This document shows positions 47,262 to 60,585 of a stretch of DNA of 64,000 bases, piece after piece. Source of the stretch: Microbotryum violaceum (taxonomy: Eukaryota); the NCBI GenBank assembly GCA_001244265.2, contig CDLV01000014.1:248001-312000 (forward strand). The letters are read 5' to 3'. The position numbers and the translations under genes are program-made. The number at the start of each line of letters is the position of its first letter. Positions within the stretch are counted from its first letter, which is position 1. The notes below the pieces were generated by a model that did not search any database, had not been told where the DNA came from, and saw only the letters and a list, made by a program, of their open reading frames with translations.

Positions 47262-50053
47262 TCAGCTGCGCTTCCCCGGAACACCAGGATATGCCGACGC
47301 TTGTACCGCCAGGAAACAAATGACAAAGATTGAAATGATGTCCCACAAGGTGAAATGCGACGTTGCGGCTGCGGGCCCGAACCATCCGATGAAGAGGGAT
47401 GACAGACGAGACAAGACCATTGCCGCTGCGGACAGGAAAGCTGTGGTGCGATATTCAGCACCGTAGGTGCGGATTTTGTGGTTTAGTCGAATCTACAGCG
47501 AGTTTTGGTGAATGTATGCACGTTCGTCAGTGACGGGACGCCCGTGTGGGTTTTGTTGGCAGGAAGCGCGAACCCACCTGGCAGATGCAAGCGAGGAACC
47601 AAAGACTAGACTGCACCGACCCTCCAATCAAGAGGGCTTGGGTGATCCCTTTTTCACGCCTGCTCCATTCAGGGAGATCCTTGATCCTCTCGTACAAGGG
47701 CGACTCGACGACTCGTGGAAGCGAATCGCCAAAGTGCAGGAAGGAGAAGCATAGTGCGAAAAGCTGTGCGCGCATTGATTGGATCAGGAGAGGATCAGTC
47801 AGGTTGGACACACGGACAGCAGATTTCGTCGTATTACTCACCACGACTTTCAGAATCCACGACAGTTCATTGTCCACTCTGGTCGTTTCTCGTTCCAGAT
47901 GAGTTGGTTTCCGAATCCGGACTGCGGTAGGGATGAATTTTTCGAACCGGACCTCGATGTGCGCGACTAAAGTGAGCTGCTTAAAGAGCAACAAAGCATG
48001 GACGACAATTTTGACAATGAACCAAACGAGACTACTCTCCCACCATTCGTATACCGTTTGGATGATCATCCAGGCGAGATTGCCGTATGAAAGGACGAAT
48101 ATCGCCATCGACGTGCCGCCCGCGTGGGAGCGCACAAACCAGTAGTGCAGAATTAGCCTGAACGAGAGAGAGGCAGGTTAAGGTCAGTGACGAGACAACG
48201 CAATGATCAAATCGACTCGTTAAAAGCGTACGGTATGGTTAGGTACTGCAGGAATACTGCCAGAAAACCGACCGCGGTGCGAGCGATTGGATGTGCTCGA
48301 GGGTTGAAGTTATGTCCCACAAAGTTATCTGGGCACCGAATACCCTCTTCAGCGACCCATCTAAGAGCATGCACAAACTCGAGACCTAATAACAGCTTAC
48401 GAAAAACTTCGAGGTAGTCCTGCTCGTGGGGTTTGTATCCGAAGGGATCCGTAGCCTTCGTGCTCCAATCGGGCAGCGCGAGCGCAGCGATCGCCATCTT
48501 TGAAGGTGACAACGGCGACCATCCCACACGCCAGGCGAATTTGAAGTCTACTCCAGACCGAGGGACGGGAACCAACTTAGTCAAATAATCTAATTCAATC
48601 TGAGTGCTGAGTGCTGAGTGCTGAACAGTGGCTGACCTTGAGCTACGTCTTTGGACTTGGCATCTAAAAGCGGTAGCGTGACCTTGTGGTCCTTTGGTGA
48701 CATGGCGCTAAATCGGGTGGTCATGAAAGGACCGTAGCGCCAGGGTGTGTCTTTCGAGGAATCGAGCTTGATCATGTTCTCAAAGTGTCCATCACGTTTG
48801 AACGCTCGAGCACAAGCTGGCCTCCACCACTCTTGCGTGAGGCATTCTTGCTGCATAAGGGAAGGCATAAAGATGATGTTAGTATCGGCAGCCTGGTCCA
48901 TGATCTCGGGGAAAAGACAACCTACTTTGAACTCTGTGAGTTGCCGCATCGCTTTCCGGAATCCTTCCAGCTCGTAGGTGGTGAAGTCGTTGGCCATCGT
49001 CAACATCGTGCTAGTAGAAAGCTCAAGCTTGACCGGGGGCAGCCCACTGTGCTCTGCCGAAGAATTTTGGCTCCACATGTCCCAGTTAAGCTGCTTGAGG
49101 CTGTACCCAGCGCCAGTGTGCGCATAGAAGAGATCCAAAGGCCTCATCTCGGGGTCGCCAGGGTTAATCCAAGACAAAGGCCATGAGTGGTTGGACCCGT
49201 AGTTCTCTTCCGGGCGAGACGTTTGGAACATACTGTCGGCGGTGGCCTTGAGAGACGCGGCGTTTGCCGAGGGTGGAAGCATGACAAATGTGGCCACCAG
49301 CTCCGAGTAGAGGTTCTTGGCGAGGTCGGTGGCCACAGATGCCGGGATCGTGATGGGGACGGTAGTTGCGTGGGTCATAGCGATACTGGCGTCCTTCATG
49401 ACACGCCGCTGAAAAATAGGCTTCCATACATTGAGAGGAACGGTCGAGTTTGCCTGGCGAGCGTAGCCCAACTCGCCGAATGCTCGCGACATGTCGGCGA
49501 AGAGCCACAGAGGCGGTCTCTCGTCTTCATCGAGTCGCCCTATGTATCCCATTGTTCGACGCGACTCTGGTTCCCGGACCCCTTTGCGATGCCATAGCAT
49601 GACACCTAAGTCAAAACGGTCGAACCCGCCGGTCGATGCAGGTCCGAACATGCTGATCACACGCTGATCGATCGGAGTCGATTTGCCTGCCGCCTTGGCC
49701 GAGTAGGTGGGCACCCTCGCGACGATCGAGCGGTAGTATACTGTCCCGGCGATGGCGCCGATCAGAGCCCCTAATCCGAAGCACAGAGCGATGAAGACTA
49801 CGAAGCAACCAAACATACTGGCCGGACGAAAGCGGTTGAGCGAGTACACTCGTTCGAGTTGGGCCGAGAGCCGAGCATAATCGATTTTGGTCCACTCGGT
49901 CTCGTCCACGGACTCCTCTCCCAGTGGGACAGGCAGACCGTCACGGTGTGTAACGTCGTCAGCGAGGTCGGCTTCGTAATCACTGTGATGCGCCGCCTGG
50001 TACGGCGTGTCATGACCATGCCTGGGTAGCAGGTTGAACGCGTCGACTGCCAT
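47262..50053 (-). CDS. Divergent CLPTM1-like multi-pass membrane protein
   Basis: One N-terminal TM, large lumenal region, several C-terminal TMs; QIRLNHK resembles the CLPTM1 QLFINYK motif; family call is inference. Confidence 0.6.
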
Positions 50054-50657
50054 GGCTCAGTGCCGAGGTCACGCTGTAGGTTATATAAGCGTACGTCGCA
50101 CCGCCCCTCGCGGCGTATTTAAGGTTACCGAAGAGGTGGGGCGGCAACCGGCGTGATGTCCAACTAAGTGCAGTGAGCGACGACGGCCGCGGAGAGCTGC
50201 CGGTCGTAAGGAGGGAAGTGGGGTGGTAGTTGGGCCGGTGATGTAGATAGGTAGTAGGCAGGACGAGGTGGCTTCTCTACCACAAAGACGTCGACGGGGA
50301 CGAGGCCGAGCTTGGCTCCGACGGTATGCCAGCCTTGAGGTCGTCTCAAAATAGCCCCCCACCTTGAGCTAGCCGCGTGTTGGCAAGAACCACGCGACCA
50401 CGTCTGCCCACGGCGAGCGGCGATCATCACGTGATACGCTGGCCTCGGTGAGCCAGTGTGTGCTCTTTCAGTCTCGTAACGACGCGACGCTCAGCACTCA
50501 GCTTCAAACGTTGCCGAGGCACTGCAGCAGTCACCGGCGCTCGACACACCTCATATAATCACGCCGAGTCTAGCAAGCGACACTCACTCCAGTCTACTCA
50601 GACTTCTCATCTGGTGTAACGGTCTTGGATAGCGGAAACGTCCAACCTCGATCCGGC

Positions 50658-51287
50658 TCAAAAATCGAGCGCGATTAATTCCGATCCTCTCCTCGCCTTC
50701 TCTTCGAGACAGCAAGCCAAAATCTTACGGTCTTGTTGATAAAGGTACAGCAAGGATATAGGGTGATCGCCAAAAGGCGTGGGCGGAAACCCGTAGGAGA
50801 AGATAGTGAGAGTCAAGGAAGAAGGGATGGATAACGGCAGCTCAAAGGAGCAGTGTAGGTTGCAGTATCGAACAGGGTAAGGGGAGCGGTTGGAAGTCTC
50901 GACTCTCCTGACCACTCGCGCGAGTCGTAGCGGAATAGTGGTTCAAGTTGCAGCAAGACGAAGGACAACATTGGTGGTGTAGGAGTTGTTAAACAAATAC
51001 CTCAAGCGGTGAAAACCCAGCCTTCTGGGGAAAATCGCAAGAGATTGATCTAAACGGAAGAGAGTCCGAACTTCTTGGTGATAAACAAGGATGGTGGGCG
51101 GGAACTTTCGATCAGCGACCTCGTCAGCTGGGAGGTAGTCTTGGGAGTGGGGAACGCACCTGTCCCTATAGGTGGTGAACGCAGCCGCAGAAGCTGGTAA
51201 GGAAACGTCGACAACGCAGTGAAGGCCCAAAAGGGAACGTGCGTTTCGAGTACCGCCCGTGAGCCCGCGTGTGTGGGAAGCACAGCT
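50658..51287 (-). pseudogene. Fragment of an unknown gene, internally deleted; duplicated at 60586-61441
   Basis: 50898-51287 is near-identical to 60586-61441 except that it lacks ~60791-61155 and one tandem unit; in-frame stop at 50943. Confidence 0.6.
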
Positions 51288-53500
51288 TTTTGTTGTTGTT
51301 GTATCAAGCCTGATTAGATTTCAAATATTCGGTTATCTACGCAAATCAATGTTTCTTGAAAAGGGGGTTGGACTTATCTAAAGTCATAGCCACTAGAGAT
51401 CCATGCAGCCCCCACACTCCTGAAACCACCGAAAGTGTGATTCCAATCATGTGAGCACCAACCACCCTTCTTATTCCATGGTGTTGAAGAATAGCCACTA
51501 TCTCGAGAGAGAGAGAGCGAGAGAGAGAGGAGAGGGGGAGAGAATCAGGAGCGAAAACTCAGAAACTCCGTACTCATGAAAACGTTAACTCACATCATCT
51601 GGTCCAGAAGCTCGCCGTCTGGCAGACGTCGAAGTCGGAATTTTAGATGCGAGCGGGACTTCGCGAGTAAGAAAGTACGGGGTTGGTAGGGGGATGTGAT
51701 CCTTGTGCTAATGCCATCGAGCAAGGTAAAGCTTGTTGAAAGCAATTGCAAGAATGACCCGAACGACGATGCAGGTCCGAGAGTCACGACTTCCGCCTCG
51801 CACCCGAGGAAGGCCAAGTATGATCTGAGAAGAGTCAACTTCGCCAGGTTGGAAGCCACCTGCCTGGCCAAGTGCAACCCTCAGCAGCTGCAAGGTCAGG
51901 CGCCAGAACTCACGTGAATGACCACATTCAAAATAGAAGTGCATGAAGGTGTCTTGTTCTCCTCACTGTGGACACCCATCAGATGCAGCGTGACCATGGT
52001 GATGTTGCAGAACGCATGTCGGCGTCGCCCCGAAGATCAGCTTCCAGTGAACGTCCTTTTCGACCGCTGTTGCCCATTGACTGTTGAGCCAAATCCAGAA
52101 ATGTTGCTTCTGTGACTTTGTGAGATCTGTTGGCCACTTGAGTCGAGAGCCGTCGTCCAGCGAGGGATAGCGGGCCTTATTGATGAAGTGCCGCAGAGCT
52201 TTGATCGTAAAAGGACGGGTCGCGGCAAGGCACGTGTAGGTGCAGGGTCGTAGGAAGTAGCACTCGCCAATGGCGGTCCGGACGGCGGCGGGCTGGGGCA
52301 ATACAGAGGCTATCGGAGAGCTAGCACTCACATCGACCCAAAGCTTTTCCAATAACGACTCTGGTTGCAGGCCTGGGTTGACGGGGTCCCCCGTCGTCTG
52401 AGGCCTCCGGTAAAGATCGATGATTGCCCCAAACTTTTTGAGCCGCTTGCGCGCATCGTCCGACAGGCCTTGTGGGTGTAAGGAAGGCAGAGTAGGTGGG
52501 ATCACGAGCACCTCGGTCGACCGAAGGAGCTCTGGGAATACATGGGGCAGCATCAGTCGAGCAACGTTGATGACCTTCGTCCACCGCGCGTGGGTTGCGC
52601 GGCGAGGTGAGGCAATCAGTGTTGACCAAATCGACGGATATGTGCGCTCCCAGCTGATCCGTGCGAGTGTAGCCCAGATCGGCTCGAAGTCATGGGCAAC
52701 GCAGTCCCAGAACCGGATCGCCATAGAGCAAACAATGTCCTCGATGCTCAACAGGCCCAAACCACCAAGACCGCGACGGAGGAAGACCGCCTCTTTTGTC
52801 ACGGATCGGAAGGAGTCGTTATGCCACACGAAGGAGATGAGCGCTTGTTCGAAAGCGTCGACGAAAGTGACGGGCGGAATGTCGAACGAGAGCAAGTGGA
52901 TGACCCTCGAAGTGACATACGAGTTGGCGTACATCGCGCGAGCCCGTGGGGGAACACATCGATTCGCCGCTGCCTCCAGTCGAGCCTTTGCTCGGTTGAG
53001 TGTCGTGCTCCAGAAGAGCGAGAGATTGCCGTCGATGGAAACCGGATAGCCAGCCCAAGTCATGCACTCACCAGTGCGCACAGTAGGGATCCCGCTGGCC
53101 CGCTCGTCCTGAGTCCAGCCCAAGCCGAGAGGGAGAGCAGTGGTCTTGGCCGTGTTCGAGCGTCCGTTTGTAGCCAAGCGCCAATCGACGGCGAGGCCAG
53201 TCACGAGATCGAGTGCTGCCGGTGATGAAACGAGCACGATCGTATCGTCCGCAACGGCGAGGTGGGTGAGGATTGCAGCCCGGGTGGGAAGAAGTACTGC
53301 ACTGAGATCAAGGGCAGTTTTTCTCCTTACTAGGGCATCGAGGTAGGGCTGGAAGCACACGTTCCAGATGGGACAACTCACGGGATCTCCTTACCCGAGC
53401 CCGCACACCATGCGCACAGCCTCCGTGAGGTATCCATTGATGATGTAACGAAGTGACAACGATCTGTAGATAACGTCGAGAAGGCCAAGGAAGCGTTCTG
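51287..53500 (-). mobile_element. 5'-truncated, decayed L1/Tx1-like LINE (RT and zinc-finger remnant)
   Basis: RYIINGYLTEAVRMVCGLG*GDP, VADD, WRLATNGR, GGLGLL and CPQ*...HFYFEC align with ORF2 at 10-14 kb; (CAA)nA5 tail at 51287-51301. Confidence 0.9.
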
Positions 53501-53819
53501 GCCTGACACCTCTTCAGGCAACGGTGCGATTCCTCCCCAGTCCAGTCACAGGGCTGATCCTCAATGGGAGCATACGGCAGAGCCGGCAGAGCCGTTCATC
53601 GATAATTCATTTTACAGGCCCTACGCTGACAATAGTGTCCCGGGGTACGCTCGGAGATGATCGTCGCGGTGCTTGCGAGTCGAATTGGTGCTTAATGGTT
53701 GATCGACATTGGCACACTTGGGACTGGTATTGCTCCACTGCTCTACGCTGTACAAAAGCTTCATGCCACCTACTGGTACATTTGACGTGAAGCGGTAAAT
53801 GGCTCGAGAAAGCGAATCT

Positions 53820-54275
53820 CAGACACGCCCTTCGTGCTTGTACAGGGCCTTCCAATTCCCCGCCGTGATCCTCTGCGTCCTCTCCGCGGACTTCATCTTC
53901 GCCTGCTCGATCTTTTACGCCTCCAAAGTCGCCGGACCAGGCCAACAATCCATCGCGACTGGGTTGTTCAACCTTTCGACCCAACTCGGGACGGCAATAG
54001 GGCTTGCGATCGCGACGATCGTGCAGACCAAGGTCGTTGATAAGAAGGTTGCGAATGTGATCGTGTCGACCAGTTCATCGGCGCCCCCTTTTTGCTGTGG
54101 AGGCGGGGCTGAGGGCGGTATTTTGGACGTGTGCGGCTTTTTCGTTCACGGGTTCGGTGGTCGTGGCACTGTGCTTGAGGGGTATTGGGAAGGTCGGGAC
54201 GAGGACGAAGAAGGTTATGGCGGAGGAGGAATCGGCACAGAGTGTGTACACAATCGTTTATTTTATATCATTTGA
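53820..54275 (+). pseudogene. 3' fragment of an MFS drug:H+ antiporter (DHA2-like), frameshifted
   Basis: FPAVILCVLSADFIF...QQSIATGLFNLSTQLGTAIGLAI, then frame shift to GLRAVFWTCAAF...LRGIGKVG; no 5' exons visible. Confidence 0.75.
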
Positions 54276-54822
54276 ATATTCTAGAAACAGATAAATTCAT
54301 CCAGGAGACCATAGCATCGTGCTCCTGGGTCACGCCTTTTGGCCCAGAGGACAGGGGATCTGGACCAGCATCGGCGCGGACGACACCGAGTTAAGTTATG
54401 TCTCCGGGTGAAACGGCTTCGAGCATCAATTGTTCCTCGGGGAACTGCATAAGCTTTTCGATCACCAAAGGCAGGCTCTTCTTTGAAGGCACGCTGAACT
54501 CTGATCTGACAGCTGCTACGCCGACTCGGAGATGATCCGTCAGAGCCCACTGCAGCCTCGATCCGAGTCGTCCGCGCACGCGATTCCCTGCTTTAAAATC
54601 GCGTGATTTGGTCGCCCGCTTTGAGCCTTCGAGGCACGGGCTAACTCCGAAGCACACCTTCTGCAATTTCGACCGCACCACCTAGTAGCTCGACGACCCA
54701 GGTGTTTTTGTCTTTCTACACATCTTCAGTGCTCACTAACCCATCAGCTTCCGTCGTGTTACGGACATCCAAGAAGGATTCCACTCACCCCAGGGGCACC
54801 ACTCGACGCCGTTCCGCCGATT

Positions 54823-57249
54823 ATGTCATCGCCCACTCCTTCGCTCGACAAGAGCCCGCTTCGAGCCGAAGCCGAGAAAGAGGCTCGTCTCAGCAACGCG
54901 AATTACACCCCAGCTACTTCCGAAACATCGTCTGAGGTCCAAAAGGTTACCTATACCGCTGAGGAGGAGAAGAGGTTACTTCGCAAGAGTAGGTCATCAA
55001 CGTTCCGGGTTGAAGCCGAGTGAGAGGCCAACAGGCGGCTGGCTGTATGCGCTTTGTCGGTGCCCCTATTGCCAGCCCACGGCCGCTTTCTGCTGTCACG
55101 CACTCGGACTCGCACTGATTAGTGATCAAAATTATATCTTACCTACCACCTTCTACTCCCTTTAGTCGACTTGGCTCTGCTCCCCGGCTTGACGTTTCTC
55201 TACCTGCTGTCCTTCCTCGGTGAGTTTCGCCTTTCGGACAGCTCACCGTAATGAGTCGCGGGGACTGATAGGCCATCATCGATCTTTACATAGATCGCTC
55301 TAACGTTGGTAATGCCAAGTGAGTCATCCTTTCACCCAGCTTGATAGCTTCATGAGTGCTGTAAACTGACAGCGACGTGGGATCGCGCAGACTCTACGGC
55401 CTACTCAAGGACATTGGACTCGCCAAACAACCCGAGGCGTACAACACATCCCTCGCGCTCTATTTCTTGGGGTATGTCTTGTTTGAGGTATGTCAAGATT
55501 TTGATGTAGATTGCAGTCGAAAGATACTGACCCCATTCTGGCTCCTTAACAGATTCCCGCGAATGCTGTCCTGAAGCGATACAACCCTCGCGTGTGGCTG
55601 CCCTCACTAACCGTGGCGTGGGGTATCGTTGCCATTTGCCAAGCTTTGTAAGCTCATACAAGCTCACCTTCCTTCAATTTTTTGGGTAATTGAGGCTGAC
55701 ACGTAAATCTCGCTACGGTGGTCCTTGTACACAGCGTCACCAACAAAGCTGGATTCTACGTGGCGTGAGTCGATAGTTGCGGTATGGGATTGTCTCATAT
55801 CTCCTTCGCTGACCACATTGTGCTCTATCAAATAGGCGTACCTTTATGGGTATCGTTGAGGCCGGATTGTTCCCTGTGGGCCTCCCCGCTGAGCACTTGG
55901 TTCATCTTTGATGTGGCGACTGACGTAGCTCCCAAACTTCAGGGTTGTGTCTTTGTCTTCTCGATGTACTACAAGCGCAAGGAGCGCCACTGGCGCGTGG
56001 CTTTGTTCTTTGGTGGAGCCGCTCTCGGTACGTCTTCTCAGATTGGAGCGTCGAAGCCCAAGCCTGACTCGCTCGAATTTCGCCTACAGCCGGAGCTTTC
56101 GGTGGCGTGTTGGCCTATGGCATCAGCTTCATGGCGGGTGTTGGAGGTCACGCGGCATGGTACTGGATCTTTGTGGTGGGTTTCATCGCTAATTTTCTCA
56201 AGACTTGAGATGAGCACCTAGCTGACACGGCCCCATTTCTGTAAATGCGCAGCTTGAAGGAGTCTTCACCGTGCTCGTGGGCCTCTCGGCCTACTTCTGG
56301 GTCCCCGACTACCCGCGCCAAGCCAAATTCCTCACCGACCGCGACCGCGAGATCTTGATCACTCGTCTCGCCGAAGACTCGGACTCGGCCAACATCGAAC
56401 CGTTCAAATTTGAAGGTGTCAAGTCCGCCGTCAAGGATCACCTCGTCATCGCCTTCAGCTTCGTCTTCCACGGCTTTGCATTTCCCCTTTATTCGCTGTC
56501 GTTGTTCCTGCCAACCATCATTCAGCAGCTCGGTTATGCCAGCTGGAAGGTGAGCCTGTGAACTGGCTAGGGGACTACCCTTCGTCTCGTTCCGGTGCTA
56601 AGCAAGTCGTTCATTTCCCAGGCTCAACTTTTGACCACCCCCATCTACGCTTCAGCTTTCCTGGCGATTCTCCTGGCAGCTCGTTTGAGTGCGACCCACG
56701 ATCGACGAGGCGTCTACATTATCGCATCGGGCGTCATCGCCATCATTGGCTACATCATTATCTTGGCTACGCACACAGCAGGTGCCCGATTGGCGGGTGC
56801 TTTCTTGGCAGTCATGGGTAAGCTACCTTCTAGCGAGTGTCTGGCACGTTTTTACCTCCGATTACTGACTTCTCGCCGAATGACTCATCTCAGGTATCTA
56901 CGCCGCAACCGCATTGCTCCTGTCTTGGCCCGCCGAAAACATCTCCGGCCAAACTCGTCGAGCCACCGCGACAGCAACACAGATCTTCATCGGTGACATC
57001 GGTGCGATCGCCGGTGTCTTGGTCTACCGCCCTTCTCTCAACCAACACTTCTTCCGCACAGCTCACATCAGCGCGATCGGTTACACACTCTTCGGAATGC
57101 TCTCGGCCGCCTGGTTGTGGTACTGGATGCGTAAACAAAATTTACAACGCGCCAGTATCATCCAGGTGAACAAGCAGGATGGGACGGCAGTACCGGCAGC
57201 GCAAGATATCCGAGGCGATCGCGCGATCGATTACGTCTACCAGCTTTAG
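54823..57249 (+). CDS. MFS anion:cation symporter (Dal5/Tna1 family permease), many introns
   Basis: EEKRLLRK-IDLALLP, LSFLDRSNVGNAK, VEAGLFPG, YYKRKERHWRVALFF, WPAENISGQTRRA; exons traced in phase. Confidence 0.93.
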
Positions 57250-57508
57250 TGCTCGGAACCAGGGGTTTTTGGGGCGCTTCATGGCTCGAAACTTGGCTGA
57301 TGTTCGTGTCCCCATGTGCTTTATAAACGTGCTGCAATTGAACGTTGTAGAAACACTATAATTAGACCGTTGTGAGGCTTGCGATCACCCGTAAGAAGCT
57401 TCCGGGGCAAATGCGCAGCAGCGATTCTCACACTCTCGTCGATTACATTCTCGGGTATGATAAAGGTACATGATAGAATCTCAACAGGATGAAAAAACGA
57501 GATAATTT

Positions 57509-59828
57509 CTACCAATGCTTAAGACATCTATGCGTAGCAGAGCTTTGACCGCTCCCAGGCACCACCGGCGCGCCACCTTCCTGGGTTCGCTCATTATGAT
57601 CCTCATTTCGATCTTCATGCACCTCCACAGTTGTCCGAACAGCGATCTGCGCAACAGTATTACCAGGCGACGGGACATCGATATTGTCCCCCGTGGTCGA
57701 CGTCAGGCCAGAGACCGTTTCCCTCGCAAGCCGTTTCCAGTTCGCCGGGTGCAGAGCTTGCCGACACGTCATGCTCGCTTCGGATGGTGGCGTGAGATGC
57801 TTGACGGCGGTGTAGAGAAGTGCACTATGCGCAAGTGCCAAGGTAACGACGTAGGCCCAGGGGAACAGGAAGAGCGAAAACTCGATGCTGATCCAGTGGC
57901 GGTAGACGTGCGAAGGCCCGATTACGATCCATACCCCGACGGCAAGCAGGATGAAGGCGAGGATTGTAATGGCGCCAATGAGCACAATCACGTCGGACTC
58001 GATCTTCTTGAGAGCGAGAAGGTTCTGAGCTTGCTCTTGAAGCACCTTTGATGACGCGACCGTCTTCTTGGTGGAGGCCTCTTTGATCTTGGTCGCCGAC
58101 ATGTGACTGACGGGCTGGGGTCGGTTGTACATCGGGAGTTCACCTGCCGGTTTGACGTCATTCATTTGAGATGTTGCAGGCCTCGTGGTATCATCCGCCC
58201 AATCTGTCCGCTCAGCACTCTCCGGGCCTTTGCTGGGGTCCTCAGAGTGAATCCCGCTGGGCTCGCCTGACGCTTGCTGGCGCACGTCGCTTCGCGACCT
58301 TTGAAAAGTCCGAATGCCTTGCCCCTGAATATTATTTATAGTCGTAACCCCCATCTCCATTGCTCCTGCCGTGTCCCCTGTGTGGGCGGTCGACATCCTC
58401 ACGTTCGTCTTGACCTCGGCCGCAAAGCGCTGGGTGTTGAACGAGATCTGGCGCCGCAGAGTGAGTACGAGCGACAAACCGATGACGTTGATCGCTATCA
58501 GACAGGCCATCGTGACGATGTAGCACCCTCCGACGGCCTTCTCGGCCCGATCAAAGAAGGTGATGTGACTGTTTAGATCGTAGACTTCGGTCCGGGCCAA
58601 CTCGACCAGGCTTGGATCAAGGTCCCCGACCGCAACTTCTTGCTCACCCAACAACAACGTGTTTGAAATGATGAGTCCGGATCGCCAAACTCCAGCCCAC
58701 GCTCGTGAAGCGTGCACATTGAGCGTCTATCGCATCATAATCGAAGATAGTCAGTCAGTTCCGTCGCTACGGGTTGAAAATAGCATGTCCAGTGGTGCAG
58801 GGCTTACGATCGAGACCACGAGCAGTAGAGTCAGTCCTCCGGTGTAGATTGCGTTTAGCCATCGAGGCGGTAGGGTATGCTTGTTCAAGACCTTTTGCGA
58901 TGAGAGGAGACTTGCTTGAAGGTTGGCAAACGATGAGACCCATCCGTGAATGATGCTGTCGAAAGGATTCGAAAGAGGATGAAGTCAGAATCCAGGGGGG
59001 CGCAACAGATCAGGGGTTTAGGTGCGAGGCGACCGGGCGACTCACATTGGCACACTGTGGAAGGGTCAGAGGAGACTTGATCAGCACTTTGCTCTCACAC
59101 AATCACCTGGGTGAAACAACTTAATATAGCATGGTCCTCCAGTAGAAAGCGTTGTCCTCTTCTCGTCGTGCTGGACCCAATGTAATGCGCGCGTCGTACG
59201 TGTACCCGACCAAGACGAGGCAGCCGATCGTCCCCAGCAATGTGAACAAGACGTGTTGGCTGAGAGAACACGATCACAAGGAAGATACCAAGAAATAGAA
59301 AATTTAGACTGGTGCAACGGGAGGGGAGACTTCGAATATCACAGGTCACGCCTCGAGAAGGACTCACTTGCCGACGATAAACCGGCCCCTGGGACGATGG
59401 ACGAATCGCCAGAGCCAGAATTTCTTCCCTCGTCGCTGATAATCGATGAAGATGATGACAAGATAGGCCAGCCCGCTCGCGATACAGCTGTAGTGCTCGC
59501 AGGGATTGAGTGGGGTCCTGTAAATCAGCCAACTTGGGAACCTCGGAATCGCAGTGATCGGAGAGCGCTCCGTCGGCCCTAACACTGCGTGCCTGGGGAA
59601 CTCGGTGGTTGGCGCCGTCACTCACAAGCCTTCCAGGGCAAACAGGACGTTCAACCGCACGATGAATCCGGGCGATGGTCTCGCGAGTAGCACCTTCTGT
59701 ATCGCCTCTAGGAGTGATGCGAACGCCTGACCAGTGATGACTGCATCGTCGTGCGCTGTGAAATCGAACTCGAACATCCTCGACAGGCCTGAGACCGGGG
59801 GCGATGCCGATAGCCCCGAAAGTGACAT
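57509..59828 (-). CDS. Uncharacterised multi-pass membrane protein
   Basis: Several exons with hydrophobic helices and a large polar loop before the last two TMs; GT-AG introns; no family recognised. Confidence 0.65.
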
Positions 59829-60585
59829 GGGCAGCTACGGCGTCGGTGGAATCCGCGGGCAGAGCAGCAGCGTGGTCTCGATCGAACGACGGTGTGGTTG
59901 AAACTCGAGCGGGGTTGACCGTTGGTGGGATATCTACAGTTGACTGTGTCGAGAAGCCAAGGTCGGAAGGGTGTACGAGCCGCGAGTAGGTGATGGGTAC
60001 AGAAAGAAAAGTGAGCTACAGCTGGCCTGAACTACGAAGCTCGAAGTTCGAAAGCTGCACGTCGATCCTCGTCAATCAGTGGGGGAGAGGCCGATCGCTC
60101 CTCGCTTGAGCTATAAACTTGTCTAGATTGTTCTTGCAGATTCTTCCTGCGCGCGCGCGTGGGCACCACTGCTGCCAGTGACTGCACAGCTAGTGATTCG
60201 CGAAATTCCGGATGCGGTCACTGTGTTGGGATCTTCGGTAGATGCAAGTGGTGAGGCCGGGCAAAGCGCGCGGATGTGGCGTTCGACCTTCATTTTCCAA
60301 CGAGCTCTTCACGTGATCTGCATCGCGATCTGCGCGTCTACGCGTATCTGCGCCCCGCGGCCCGCTAAATGCGCCTGGGGCGATATCGAGTTTGGATCGG
60401 CGGCTGCTGGGTGCACTCATAACAACACTAGTCCAGGGTCGTAATCAAAGGCAGATGTCTCTCTTCCCAACTGCCTACTACCTACTAGTGCGCGTCGCCC
60501 GTTTCCTAGTTTGTTAAGTTATTTGTCAACGTAGTAGAGCTCGGGGGCGCTCCGCGCCCACCTCCTAAATGAGGGTCGTTGCGAG

